Source: Verrucomicrobiota bacterium (GTDB lineage Bacteria > Verrucomicrobiota > Verrucomicrobiia > CAIQCK01). From it: a DNA stretch of 64,000 nt. Shown here piece after piece: positions 1 through 8,314 of the stretch. Below the pieces are notes generated by a model. That model made no database searches. It was not told the origin of the DNA and worked only from the letters and a program-made list of their open reading frames with translations. Location: positions 419,300 through 483,299 of the forward strand of contig JACRQF010000014.1 in NCBI GenBank assembly GCA_016222825.1, in the 5' to 3' direction. The position numbers and the translations under genes were made by a program. Position 1 is the first letter of the stretch. Every line of letters starts with the position of its first letter.

Positions 1-527
1 GGCGGCACTTCGATGCGCCCGTGGCGCGGGTCGAGCGCCGTGACCTTGCGCGCATACACGTCCGGCGCCTCCGTTTTCCAGCGCGGCCGGTCGCGCTCGA
101 AGATGTGGACGTGTTTCACCAGGTAATCCTCGCCCAGCGACGGATAACCGTCATGCACGGCGAACTCGCACCAGCTTCGGTCGTCCGCCATCTTCGTAAT
201 CGTCCCCTGCGTGAACGGCAGCGGATCGAAATCAATCATCACGCCGCGCAACGCCACGTCGCGGCAGTTGTGGAACGTGAACCCGAAGCCTTTCTGGTTC
301 GTAAACACCAGCGTCGTCTGCGGCCCGTTGATGGTGAGGTTGGTGGCGTTGACGATGCGCAACCCAGCGTCAAGCCGCAGCACGCCTGCCGGGAGCGCGA
401 TCTCCTGCCGGCCGGCGCGGATGGCTGCGTCGAGCCGCACCTGCAACGACGGCGGTTCGCCTGCGTGCGCGACCAGCGCTGCGATGATTGTTGAAACGAC
501 GGGAACAGCACGGCGGAGGAAGGTCAT
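1..527 (-). CDS. Partial CDS (N-terminal ~175 aa; gene runs past the window start). Secreted right-handed beta-helix (pectin-lyase fold)-like protein
   Basis: My translation of the reverse strand from ATG at 527 gives MTFLRRAVPVVSTIIAALVAHAG... (signal peptide) then LDAAIRAGRQEIALPAGVLRLDAGLRIVNATNLTINGPQTTLVF, typical of the N-terminus of beta-helix proteins. It is absent from the ORF track because there is no stop in the window. It starts 15 nt downstream of the AraC stop. Confidence 0.45.
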   Translation of the reverse strand, partial: MTFLRRAVPVVSTIIAALVAHAGEPPSLQVRLDAAIRAGRQEIALPAGVLRLDAGLRIVNATNLTINGPQTTLVFTNQKGFGFTFHNCRDVALRGVMIDFDPLPFTQGTITKMADDRSWCEFAVHDGYPSLGEDYLVKHVHIFERDRPRWKTEAPDVYARKVTALDPRHGRIEVP

Positions 528-541
528 GGGTTTCTCGTGGT

Positions 542-1429
542 TCAGCCGCGCGCTCGGTCGGCGCTCGGCGTCGCGCCATAGACGCGGCGGTAGAGGCGGT
601 TGAAGTGGGAGAGATGGTTGAAGCCGGCGGCGTAGGCGATGGCGCTGACGGATTCGCCGCCGCCCAACAGCAGCCGCCGGGCGTGGTCGAGCCGCACGCG
701 GTTCAGAAACTCCGTGAGCGTGCAGCCCGTATAGCGCGGAAACTGCCGCTCGAACGTGGCCTTGCTCATCGCGGCCAGTTGCAACGCACCGCTCAGTGAC
801 AATGGCTCGGCGTATTTCTCCAGCACGCGCCGGATGACGCGCTCGATGCCGGGTTGGTGGCGTTCGCCTTCGCGCACGCTAAACGGCAGCCGCGAGAGTG
901 CGCGAGACTGCGACGGCGGTAGCGCGGCCAGTTCCGCCAGGACTTGCAGCAGCATTCCCAGGCGCCCCGCCGCCGAAAGCCTCGGCATCGCCAGCAGCTT
1001 CGGCCCGACGCGCTTGCAGACCGCCAATCCGAACACCACCCCGCGCCGCGCGCGGTCCCACAACGGCGCGAGCAGCGCGAACTCCGGCAGCGCGCGCAGC
1101 GGATGATCCAGCGGCCAGTGGAACTGCACGGAGATGCCCGTGGAGCGGCGCAGACCCTGGACGCAGTGCGGCAGGTGCGGGCCAAGCAGTTCCAACTCCG
1201 GCCCGTGGAACCGCTCGATGTGGTCGCCCACGAGCCGCAGGCCGCTGCCGCGCTCGATGAACGTCAGTTCCATCTCGCGGTGCAGGTGCCAGTGGTCGCC
1301 CGCGCCCTCGAACGGCACCACGCGCCCGTCGGCGGTGAATTGCTCCACCTCGCGGAGGTTGTCGCGCCAGCGGTGCAGCCGGAACGACAGCCCCGCCAGT
1401 GGCGTGATGGTTTCGACGTGGATGGACAT
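542..1429 (-). CDS. AraC-family transcriptional regulator (N-terminal cupin-like sensing domain, C-terminal AraC HTH)
   Basis: 295-aa ORF. The C-terminus KATFERQFPRYTGCTLTEFLNRVRLDHARRLLL...SVSAIAYAAGFNHLSHFNRLYRRVYG is a classical AraC HTH signature. ATG at 1429. Confidence 0.8.
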   Translation of the reverse strand: MSIHVETITPLAGLSFRLHRWRDNLREVEQFTADGRVVPFEGAGDHWHLHREMELTFIERGSGLRLVGDHIERFHGPELELLGPHLPHCVQGLRRSTGISVQFHWPLDHPLRALPEFALLAPLWDRARRGVVFGLAVCKRVGPKLLAMPRLSAAGRLGMLLQVLAELAALPPSQSRALSRLPFSVREGERHQPGIERVIRRVLEKYAEPLSLSGALQLAAMSKATFERQFPRYTGCTLTEFLNRVRLDHARRLLLGGGESVSAIAYAAGFNHLSHFNRLYRRVYGATPSADRARG

Positions 1430-1444
1430 GACAGCAGTTGGGAA

Positions 1445-4400
1445 TCAGGCGTTGCGGAGCAGTTCCCTGCACGCGACGATGACATCCGCCTGCAACTCGC
1501 GCTGCCACTCGTCCCAACGGGCCGCGTGCCGGTAGAGTGCCATCGCGGCCAGCTTTTTGGTCAGAATGGCGTCGCGATAAGCCTTCAACTCCGGTGTGTT
1601 CAGCGTCCGGCGAATCTTTGCCATGCTGAGATGCTCTACGAGGACCGCCGGGATGTAAGCCCGCAACGCGCCGTTCACTATCTCTTTGTGCGCCAGAAGC
1701 AGGTCGAGTTTCTCCTGCAAAGCCGCCTGCAATGCGAACAACTCCTCGCTTGTTCGGGCTGAGAGCTTGTGGAGCGGCGTCTGATCCTTGGCGTAGAGCG
1801 CCAGCAACATCCGCGTCTCGGCGACGGCGTTGGCCGCGACGAGGTCGAGCACTTCGCGGATCAGCCGCGTCCGGGTCTTCGGGTTCTCGACGAGCACGCG
1901 CTCGTAGTTGTCGCCGAGCAGGAACGCCGTGAGCACCTCCGCGATGGCGCTGGAGGTGACGCCGCCTTTGTTGGCGCTGGAGTCCTTGATTTGCAGGATC
2001 GCGCTCTCGCGGGCGATGACATCGCGCGCGGTGTCGTCGAAGAAGACGTTGGCGCCCTCGACGATCACGCGCAGTTCGCGGAAGAGCGCGAGGAAGCCGC
2101 GGACGTTGCCGGCGTTGACGGTGTCCTTCAGCCCGCCGCACGGCACAAACGCCTGGATGTTCGCCGCGGCGACGCAATGGCGGCTTCGCGGGTCGGTGAG
2201 GAAGTTGCGATGAAAGAAGTTGCCGTCTTCGACGCGCGTCCCGTCCGGCAGCGTGAAGCGGCCCGCTGCGCGCGGCACGCGGAAGCCGTGGCGGCCGAGC
2301 TTCGCGGCGGGATACGCGAGGCTGTTGAGGCGTGGCTGCGTGTGCCGTGCGAAGGCAAGCTCCATCAATGCCTTCTTGTCGAGGCCCTCCGGGTCGAACA
2401 ACACCGAGCCGCCGTCCACGAGCAGGCAGATGCGGCCTTTGAACGACTGAATCTGGTTCGCGCCAAGGTCGCCGTCCGGACCGCCGGTCATCATCAGGTT
2501 GACCTGCTCTTCCTTCAAACCGACGTGATCGAGCAGCGTGCGCAGACAGGCCATCACGCCCATCGTGGTCATGCCGCTCGCGCCGATCTTATTGCCGAGC
2601 CGGGCGTGGATTTTCGCCGTGTCGGCGGTGACCAGTTGGGTCGTGCCTTCGAGTTGAAGTTCCGTTTCTTTCTCTCCGTGCGGCAGCAAGCCGAAGACGC
2701 GCCGGTCGCGCGTCAGTCCGTAAACGTCGTGTGGAATGCCAATGCTTTTGCCGGTGGTGATCGTCCGCCAGTGTTTGTAGCCGCGCTCGCGGGCGCGTTG
2801 TGCGACGGCGTCCATGAACGACGCGGTGCCCTCGTCGGGGCCGAAGAAGATCATCTCCGGCTCGCCGAGGTAATCCACGATCTCGCGGGACGGCTGCATG
2901 AGGTCCATCACGCCCTCGGTGAAATCGAACGTGGCGCTGAGGCCGTCGCGGGCGTATTCGGGATGCGGGACGATGACGGCTTTGGCGCCGCTCTCGGCGA
3001 TGTCCTTGTGTTTGAGCCGCTGCGCCACCGGGCCGAGCGCGTAGTTGAGCATCGGCATGTTGTCCAACTCGTTGTCGTAGTTGCCCGGCGTGACGCGGAC
3101 GAGCCGCACGCCGCCGCGGGCGATGTCCTCGGCGCGCATGTGAGTGCCGACGGCGTAGAAGCCGACGATGAAGAACACGCCGTGGACCTTGCCGGGAAAC
3201 GCGAGCGGGTCCAGCACGGTTGGCGCGAGCCGGAACGCAAACGAGCGTTTGTGGACCTTGTAGAAATTGGTTTTGAGCGTGTCGCTGATGAGCCGGCCCA
3301 TGAACGTGAAGATGTCGGCGGCGGTCTTGTCGTCGAGAAACGCAATCGCCACGCGGCGGTTGAACGCGTGCAACGCCTTCGTCACGGTCCGGCCGCCCGC
3401 GGTGGAGCGGCGTCGCGGGTCGAAGCGGCGGCTGAAAATCTCGTGGAGCTGCTTCAAAAGCGCCGGCTGGCCGAGCATGGTGTTGAGGATGACCTTGCGG
3501 GTGTATTCGGCGCGGTTGGAATCGAAGACGCGCTTGGCCATTGCGTCGCGCAGGTCCGGCCGGCCAAGTCCCTCCATGATGTCGCGCTCGGCGGGCAGGT
3601 TCTTGTGGACGAAGCTGTGGACGAACGCAAACCCGTTCAGCGCGAAGAGGTATTCGTCCAGCGTCAGGACGCCGTCCACGTAGAGTTGGTCCATTTCGTT
3701 CGGCTGAATCGCCAGCAGCGCGTGGAGTTGATCAAGCGCCTGCGGCAGGCCCGCCGCCGCCGATTGGCTCTCCAGATACAGCGAGCAGACCGACTCGATG
3801 CGGCCCACGGGATTGCGGAAGGTTTCCCAATACGCCCGCGTGAGCAGGAGGCCCAGTTCCTCCATCATCTTGCGGATCACTGGCAACGCGGAACGGCCGA
3901 AGTCCTCCCGAAACATAATGCGCGTTTCGTGCGTCGCTGCCACGTCGCTGACCTCGATCAGCGGCACGACGCTGGCGAGGGCGCGCTGGAGGAAACTCTC
4001 GTAGCGTTCGCGCGTCACCGGCGGCATCTGTTCGCTGGCCGTCGGCCACGCGAACGCAAACGGTGACCCGCCCGCGAGGACCGCGCTGGTGTCCGGGCTT
4101 GGGTCGGGCCGGATGATGTAGGTGTAATACTGGTGCGCGTGGCCGAAGTAATACTCCACGCGATGCCCGGCCATGACGGGGTTGAGCACGGTTTCCATCC
4201 GGTCGCGGGTTTGGGCGGTGGCGATGCGCACCTGCACGCCGCCGTCCACGTCGAACTGCACCTCCGAGACGGCCCCGCGCAGCACGAACTCGCCGCGCTC
4301 CTGCTGCATGTTGGTGCCGATGGCGCGAAGCACGCGCTTGAGAGCGTCCTTCGAGATGTGCCGGAAAAAATACGCGGGCAGTCCGAGCTGCGTCAGCAGG

Positions 4401-4579
4401 ATGCGCGCGGCGTGGTTGACGCAGCCGGCGGTGAGCAGTCCCTCGTTGGACAGCTCGATTACCGCCTCGTAGAGAAGATTCGGGTCCAAACTGGCTTGTT
4501 GGGCGATCCGAAGGACCGAACTTGGCTTCGGGTCAGTGGGCACGTCCGGCTCGATGGTGGGGTTTGTGGTTCGGGGCAT
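1445..4579 (-). CDS. gdhB: Large NAD-specific glutamate dehydrogenase (Bac_GDH family, ~115 kDa class)
   Basis: ORF 1445..4948, trimmed to the internal ATG at 4579 (MPRTTNP...), which has a GGAGAA RBS 7 nt upstream. The catalytic region EGANVFFDDTARDVIARESAILQIKDSSANKGGVTSSAIAEVL matches the large NAD-GDH family. Upstream in-frame residues look non-coding. Confidence 0.7.
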   Translation of the reverse strand: MPRTTNPTIEPDVPTDPKPSSVLRIAQQASLDPNLLYEAVIELSNEGLLTAGCVNHAARILLTQLGLPAYFFRHISKDALKRVLRAIGTNMQQERGEFVLRGAVSEVQFDVDGGVQVRIATAQTRDRMETVLNPVMAGHRVEYYFGHAHQYYTYIIRPDPSPDTSAVLAGGSPFAFAWPTASEQMPPVTRERYESFLQRALASVVPLIEVSDVAATHETRIMFREDFGRSALPVIRKMMEELGLLLTRAYWETFRNPVGRIESVCSLYLESQSAAAGLPQALDQLHALLAIQPNEMDQLYVDGVLTLDEYLFALNGFAFVHSFVHKNLPAERDIMEGLGRPDLRDAMAKRVFDSNRAEYTRKVILNTMLGQPALLKQLHEIFSRRFDPRRRSTAGGRTVTKALHAFNRRVAIAFLDDKTAADIFTFMGRLISDTLKTNFYKVHKRSFAFRLAPTVLDPLAFPGKVHGVFFIVGFYAVGTHMRAEDIARGGVRLVRVTPGNYDNELDNMPMLNYALGPVAQRLKHKDIAESGAKAVIVPHPEYARDGLSATFDFTEGVMDLMQPSREIVDYLGEPEMIFFGPDEGTASFMDAVAQRARERGYKHWRTITTGKSIGIPHDVYGLTRDRRVFGLLPHGEKETELQLEGTTQLVTADTAKIHARLGNKIGASGMTTMGVMACLRTLLDHVGLKEEQVNLMMTGGPDGDLGANQIQSFKGRICLLVDGGSVLFDPEGLDKKALMELAFARHTQPRLNSLAYPAAKLGRHGFRVPRAAGRFTLPDGTRVEDGNFFHRNFLTDPRSRHCVAAANIQAFVPCGGLKDTVNAGNVRGFLALFRELRVIVEGANVFFDDTARDVIARESAILQIKDSSANKGGVTSSAIAEVLTAFLLGDNYERVLVENPKTRTRLIREVLDLVAANAVAETRMLLALYAKDQTPLHKLSARTSEELFALQAALQEKLDLLLAHKEIVNGALRAYIPAVLVEHLSMAKIRRTLNTPELKAYRDAILTKKLAAMALYRHAARWDEWQRELQADVIVACRELLRNA

Positions 4580-4950
4580 TTTGCAGTTCTCCGTGATGCC
4601 CGCGATTCTAACCTCGCACGGAAACTCAAACAAGCGCATAAGCCTCGCGCGCCAGCACGGCAACAGCATTTGCCTGGCCGGCGCCTCGGAGCGCAGCCGC
4701 CGGACGCTGGTGTTCCGTTGCGGATGCTGTGTGTCGTCAGGCTTGCTTCTTGGGCGGGGCGGAGTAGAAACAGGGCGTCGAAAGCACGAGTCGAGAACTG
4801 GTGAAGCGGAGACGTGAATCATGCGACACTCGATGGCAATGATGGCGATGATGCTGGCGGCCGGGTTGGTGTTGACGCAGGAATCGCTCTGCGAGAAATA
4901 GCCGCCGCCGGCGCCATGACGGAGTTGGACCGCTTGGAAAAGGAGCAATC

Positions 4951-5541
4951 ATGAACACTGCAAACGACCGATCAACAAAACTCTCCGCCACCCGGCGTGA
5001 TTTCCTGAGAACAGCCTCCATGTTGACTGGAGCGGCGGCGCTCTGCCCGCTCGGCTTCCGCTGCATCGCGCGCGCCGCCGAGCCGTCGCAGACCATCGTC
5101 ATCCGCGGCCATCATCTCTTCGACATGCTCGACGCGCTCGGCACGGGCAAGTCCAGCCACAAGACGCTCGGCCCTGTGGCACAGAAGGTTCGAGCCAATC
5201 CCAAGGTGCCGATCAAAGTCGTCGTCGGCGTGGACGACATCTGCGCGCCGTGCGAGTGGTGGGACCGTGCGAAAACGCACTGCACGAAGAGCTTGAAAAC
5301 TTATCCGCAGGACAACGAGAACTCGATGACCTCGGACAAGAACGCCCTCCGCGTGCTCGGCATGAAGGCCGGCGACACCATGAGCGCCGCCGACCTTTAC
5401 CGCCTCATCAAGGTCAAGGTGACCAAGAAGGTTTTCGCCGAAGAAGTCTGCGTCGCTTGCAGGTTAGTGAACAGGTGTAAGAAAACCTACGAGCCGAGAA
5501 TCGAAGCGGCGGTTAAGGCGCTTGCCGAGCCTCATTCCTGA
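4951..5541 (+). CDS. Hypothetical Tat-secreted Cys-containing protein (CAPCEWW and CVACRLVNRC motifs)
   Basis: Twin-arginine signal RRDFLRTASMLTGAAA. No family recognised. The stop lies 2 nt before the C-N hydrolase start. Confidence 0.45.
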   Translation: MNTANDRSTKLSATRRDFLRTASMLTGAAALCPLGFRCIARAAEPSQTIVIRGHHLFDMLDALGTGKSSHKTLGPVAQKVRANPKVPIKVVVGVDDICAPCEWWDRAKTHCTKSLKTYPQDNENSMTSDKNALRVLGMKAGDTMSAADLYRLIKVKVTKKVFAEEVCVACRLVNRCKKTYEPRIEAAVKALAEPHS

Positions 5542-5542
5542 C

Positions 5543-6391
5543 ATGAATAAACAAATGAAAGTGGCCGCCGTCCAAATGAAGTTCCGGCGGACAATCCCGG
5601 AGAATGTCGCCTTTATCGAGCGCCACATCGCCGCGTTCGCGCGGAAGGGCGGCGACGCCATCCTGTTCCCGGAAACCGCCGTCACGGGCTACAACATCAA
5701 CTTCCACGAACTCGATCCCACGGCCGTTGAGGCGGGACTGCGGGCGATCGCAGCCGCGGCGCGTGAGCATCGCTGCAACGTGTTGGTCGGATCGCCGACG
5801 CGCGCCCGGGGACGATGGCTCAACTCGCTGGTTGTATTCGACCGGCGCGGGCGCGAGGTGTTCCGCTACCACAAGATTCAGCTCACGCCCGGTGACTCGA
5901 AGTTCTTCGCGCCGGGCAACGTGCTGGCTTTCTTCCGGCTCGACGGAGTCCCGTGCACGGCGATCATCTGCCACGAGCGGCGCTATCCCGAACTGGTCCG
6001 CCTGCCGGTGATGATGGGCGCGCAAATCCTGTTTCATCCCAACGCCGGGCTGGATCGGCTCGCCGTGTCGAAGGCCAAGCGCGGCGGCAAGGACGGCATC
6101 GTCGCGCGGGCGTTCGAAAACCAGGTGTGCTACGTCTTCGCCAACACCGTCGGCCCGCAAGGCGGCGGATTCTGGTCTGCGGGCGACTCGAAGATCGTGG
6201 CGGCGGACACGCGCATGCTGGCGCTGGCGAACAACCGCGACGAGATGCACATCGAGGCGACGCTCGACCTCGCCCAAGCCGGCCGAAGATACGCACGCGA
6301 GGCGCTGCAGCAGCCAGCGTTCCTGCGCCCCCACTGGCGGGCGATGCTTGTGGCGTGCAGAAGGCAAATCAAGAGGAGCACATCGATATGA
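5543..6391 (+). CDS. Carbon-nitrogen hydrolase (nitrilase/amidase superfamily)
   Basis: E-K-C triad context: ILFPETA, KIQL, TAIICHERRYPE. Start chosen at ATG 5543 (MNKQMKVAAVQ). The track's TTG at 5522 and the ATG at 5564 are alternatives. The 3' end overlaps the next gene (ATGA). Confidence 0.7.
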   Translation: MNKQMKVAAVQMKFRRTIPENVAFIERHIAAFARKGGDAILFPETAVTGYNINFHELDPTAVEAGLRAIAAAAREHRCNVLVGSPTRARGRWLNSLVVFDRRGREVFRYHKIQLTPGDSKFFAPGNVLAFFRLDGVPCTAIICHERRYPELVRLPVMMGAQILFHPNAGLDRLAVSKAKRGGKDGIVARAFENQVCYVFANTVGPQGGGFWSAGDSKIVAADTRMLALANNRDEMHIEATLDLAQAGRRYAREALQQPAFLRPHWRAMLVACRRQIKRSTSI

Positions 6392-8289
6392 GAATACAGA
6401 TGACAATCGTTTCAACGGTATTGGCGTGCACCGCGATGGTTCTGGAAGCCGCAGATACACCTTTGCTCACGTTGCGAGGAGACAAGCGCCCGGAATGGCT
6501 GCGGCGCGATGGGATTGTGATGGCCGGGAGTTGGGAACCGTTGTTGTTCCGCGTGCGGCGAGACGGCGCGGAGGGTTACACGCCCACGGCCGAGCAGCGC
6601 GCGGCCTACGAGCGCGAGCACAGCCCGGCGATGGTCGCGAAGTTGAAAGCGCTCGGCGTGAACTTCGTGATGATGCACTGCTACAAGGGCGGCGGGTTGG
6701 AGGCGGAACGCGAGAGCATGGCTGACGCGGTGAAGTTCGCCAAGCTCTGCCACGACGCCGGGATGCGCGTGGGCTGTTACACCTACAGCGGCGCGTTCAT
6801 CTGGGAATTGTTCTTCAAGGAGATGCCGCAGGCCAAGGATTGGGTTGTGCTGAACCCCGACGGCACGCCGATCACCTACGGTAAGGCCGGCTACCGATAC
6901 TACTGGAACCGCAATCATCCCGACGCCGAGGCGTTCTATCGTAAGATCGTAAAGTTCGCCGTCGAAGACATCCGCACCGATCTCGTCCACTTTGACAACT
7001 ACGTCATCGGCCCCGGCCACGACGCAAACTCGATCGCGCGCTTCCGCCAATACCTGCGCAAGACGTTCCCGGCGTCGCTGCTCAAGGAAAATGGCATCGC
7101 CGATATCGCCGCCGTGACACCGCCGACCGACCGCGCCTGCACCAACCTGCTGAGCCGCGCGTGGGCGGACTTCTGCAGCCAGTCCATCTCCGACTCGTTC
7201 CACTCGATGACACGCTACGCACGCAAGATGCGGCCGGACATCCTCATGGAGACCAACCCCGCCGGCATCGGCTCGACGGTCCGTTGGGCGGTGGACCACG
7301 GGCGGCTGTTGCGCGGCGGCGAGGCGTTCTGGGACGAGGGCCGGCATCCCGGCTTCGTGAAAGGCACGCTCACCACGCGCATCCGCACCTTCAAGGCGGC
7401 GCGCGGTCTGAACAACTCGGCGTTCGTCTATACCATCAACCCGCTCGAAGCCGCCGAGAGCATGGCATTCAACCTCGACGTCCTCGGCTGCATCTGCTGG
7501 TTTGAATACGACCAGTTCTGGGAGTATCCCGGCAACGTCCGGCCGATGTCGCCCGCGCTGCTGCCGTTCGTGAAGTTCTACAACCAACGCCATGACCTGC
7601 TGCGTGACGCCAAAGTCGTCGCCGATGTCGGTGTGTTCCGAAGCCATCCTTCGATGCAATTTGGCCCGCGCCAGACGGCAAAGCTCACCGGTGAGATCGA
7701 GGACCTGCTCATCGCCAACCGTTGCGCGTTCCAGTTGGTGTTTGACACGCAACTCGACGAACTCTCGCGCTGGCCCGTGCTGGTGATGCCGGGCTGCGTC
7801 GCGCTCTCGGATGCGCAGGTAAAGGCGATTCGTCGTTACGTCACAAAAGGCGGTCGGCTTTGTGTCGTCGGCCCGTTCGCGACGCACAACGAATGGATGT
7901 TCCCGCGCAAGAAGCTCGCGCTGGACGACCTGCCGCCGGACCGCGTCGTCCACGTGGACGAGAAAGGCGACTGGCTCGACGCCATCCGCCGCGCATGCGG
8001 CGGCCAACTCTCTCTGTCGGCCACGTGCGACTCGAAAGCTCTCTGTGCCGAGCTAACGGAGCAACCGAACCGCCGGATGGTGCATCTGGTGAACTATCAG
8101 ATGGACAAGCCGCTGAAGGACATCGCCGTCCGCGTCGCGCTGCCGAAGGGCCGCACCGCCAAGTCCGTCACCCTCGCCAGCCCCGAACGCGCCACTGACA
8201 TCACCGTCTCTTTCAAGCAGGAAGGCGACTTCGCGACGTTCAACGTGCCGCAAGTCGGAGTTTACGAAGTCGCGATCGTGACGTTCTGA
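6388..8289 (+). CDS. Secreted putative glycoside hydrolase (GH42/GHL6-like TIM barrel plus beta-galactosidase-trimerisation/ThuA-like C-terminal domain), paralog 1
   Basis: Real start ATG 6388 (MRIQMTIVSTVLACTAM, signal peptide), in frame with the longer track ORF 5953. Motifs NFVMMHCYKGGG, DLVHFDNY and PVLVMPGCVALSDAQVKAIRRYVTKGGRLCVVGP. Family assignment is from memory and was not searched. Confidence 0.45.
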   Translation: MRIQMTIVSTVLACTAMVLEAADTPLLTLRGDKRPEWLRRDGIVMAGSWEPLLFRVRRDGAEGYTPTAEQRAAYEREHSPAMVAKLKALGVNFVMMHCYKGGGLEAERESMADAVKFAKLCHDAGMRVGCYTYSGAFIWELFFKEMPQAKDWVVLNPDGTPITYGKAGYRYYWNRNHPDAEAFYRKIVKFAVEDIRTDLVHFDNYVIGPGHDANSIARFRQYLRKTFPASLLKENGIADIAAVTPPTDRACTNLLSRAWADFCSQSISDSFHSMTRYARKMRPDILMETNPAGIGSTVRWAVDHGRLLRGGEAFWDEGRHPGFVKGTLTTRIRTFKAARGLNNSAFVYTINPLEAAESMAFNLDVLGCICWFEYDQFWEYPGNVRPMSPALLPFVKFYNQRHDLLRDAKVVADVGVFRSHPSMQFGPRQTAKLTGEIEDLLIANRCAFQLVFDTQLDELSRWPVLVMPGCVALSDAQVKAIRRYVTKGGRLCVVGPFATHNEWMFPRKKLALDDLPPDRVVHVDEKGDWLDAIRRACGGQLSLSATCDSKALCAELTEQPNRRMVHLVNYQMDKPLKDIAVRVALPKGRTAKSVTLASPERATDITVSFKQEGDFATFNVPQVGVYEVAIVTF

Positions 8290-8314
8290 TCGGCTACGCC
8301 AGGAGCAAATCATC

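Noticed and set aside
879-4066. Long ORFs overlapping gdhB on both strands (879..2177 -, 1769..4066 +, 944..1762 +)
   Set aside because: Arg/Ala/Pro/Gly-rich low-complexity translations typical of shadow frames in 65% GC DNA. The gdhB frame has coherent family-level homology.
4580-4948. N-terminal 123-codon extension of gdhB in the ORF track (start at 4948)
   Set aside because: The extension translates to a non-protein-like sequence (GAGGGYFSQSDSCVNTNPAAS...). An internal ATG at 4579 has a good RBS. Homologs begin near this position.
5953-6387. Upstream extension of the GH-like gene to 5953 as listed in the track
   Set aside because: The extension is the shadow of the C-N hydrolase gene in another frame (Arg/Ala-rich). 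The signal-peptide start is at 6388.
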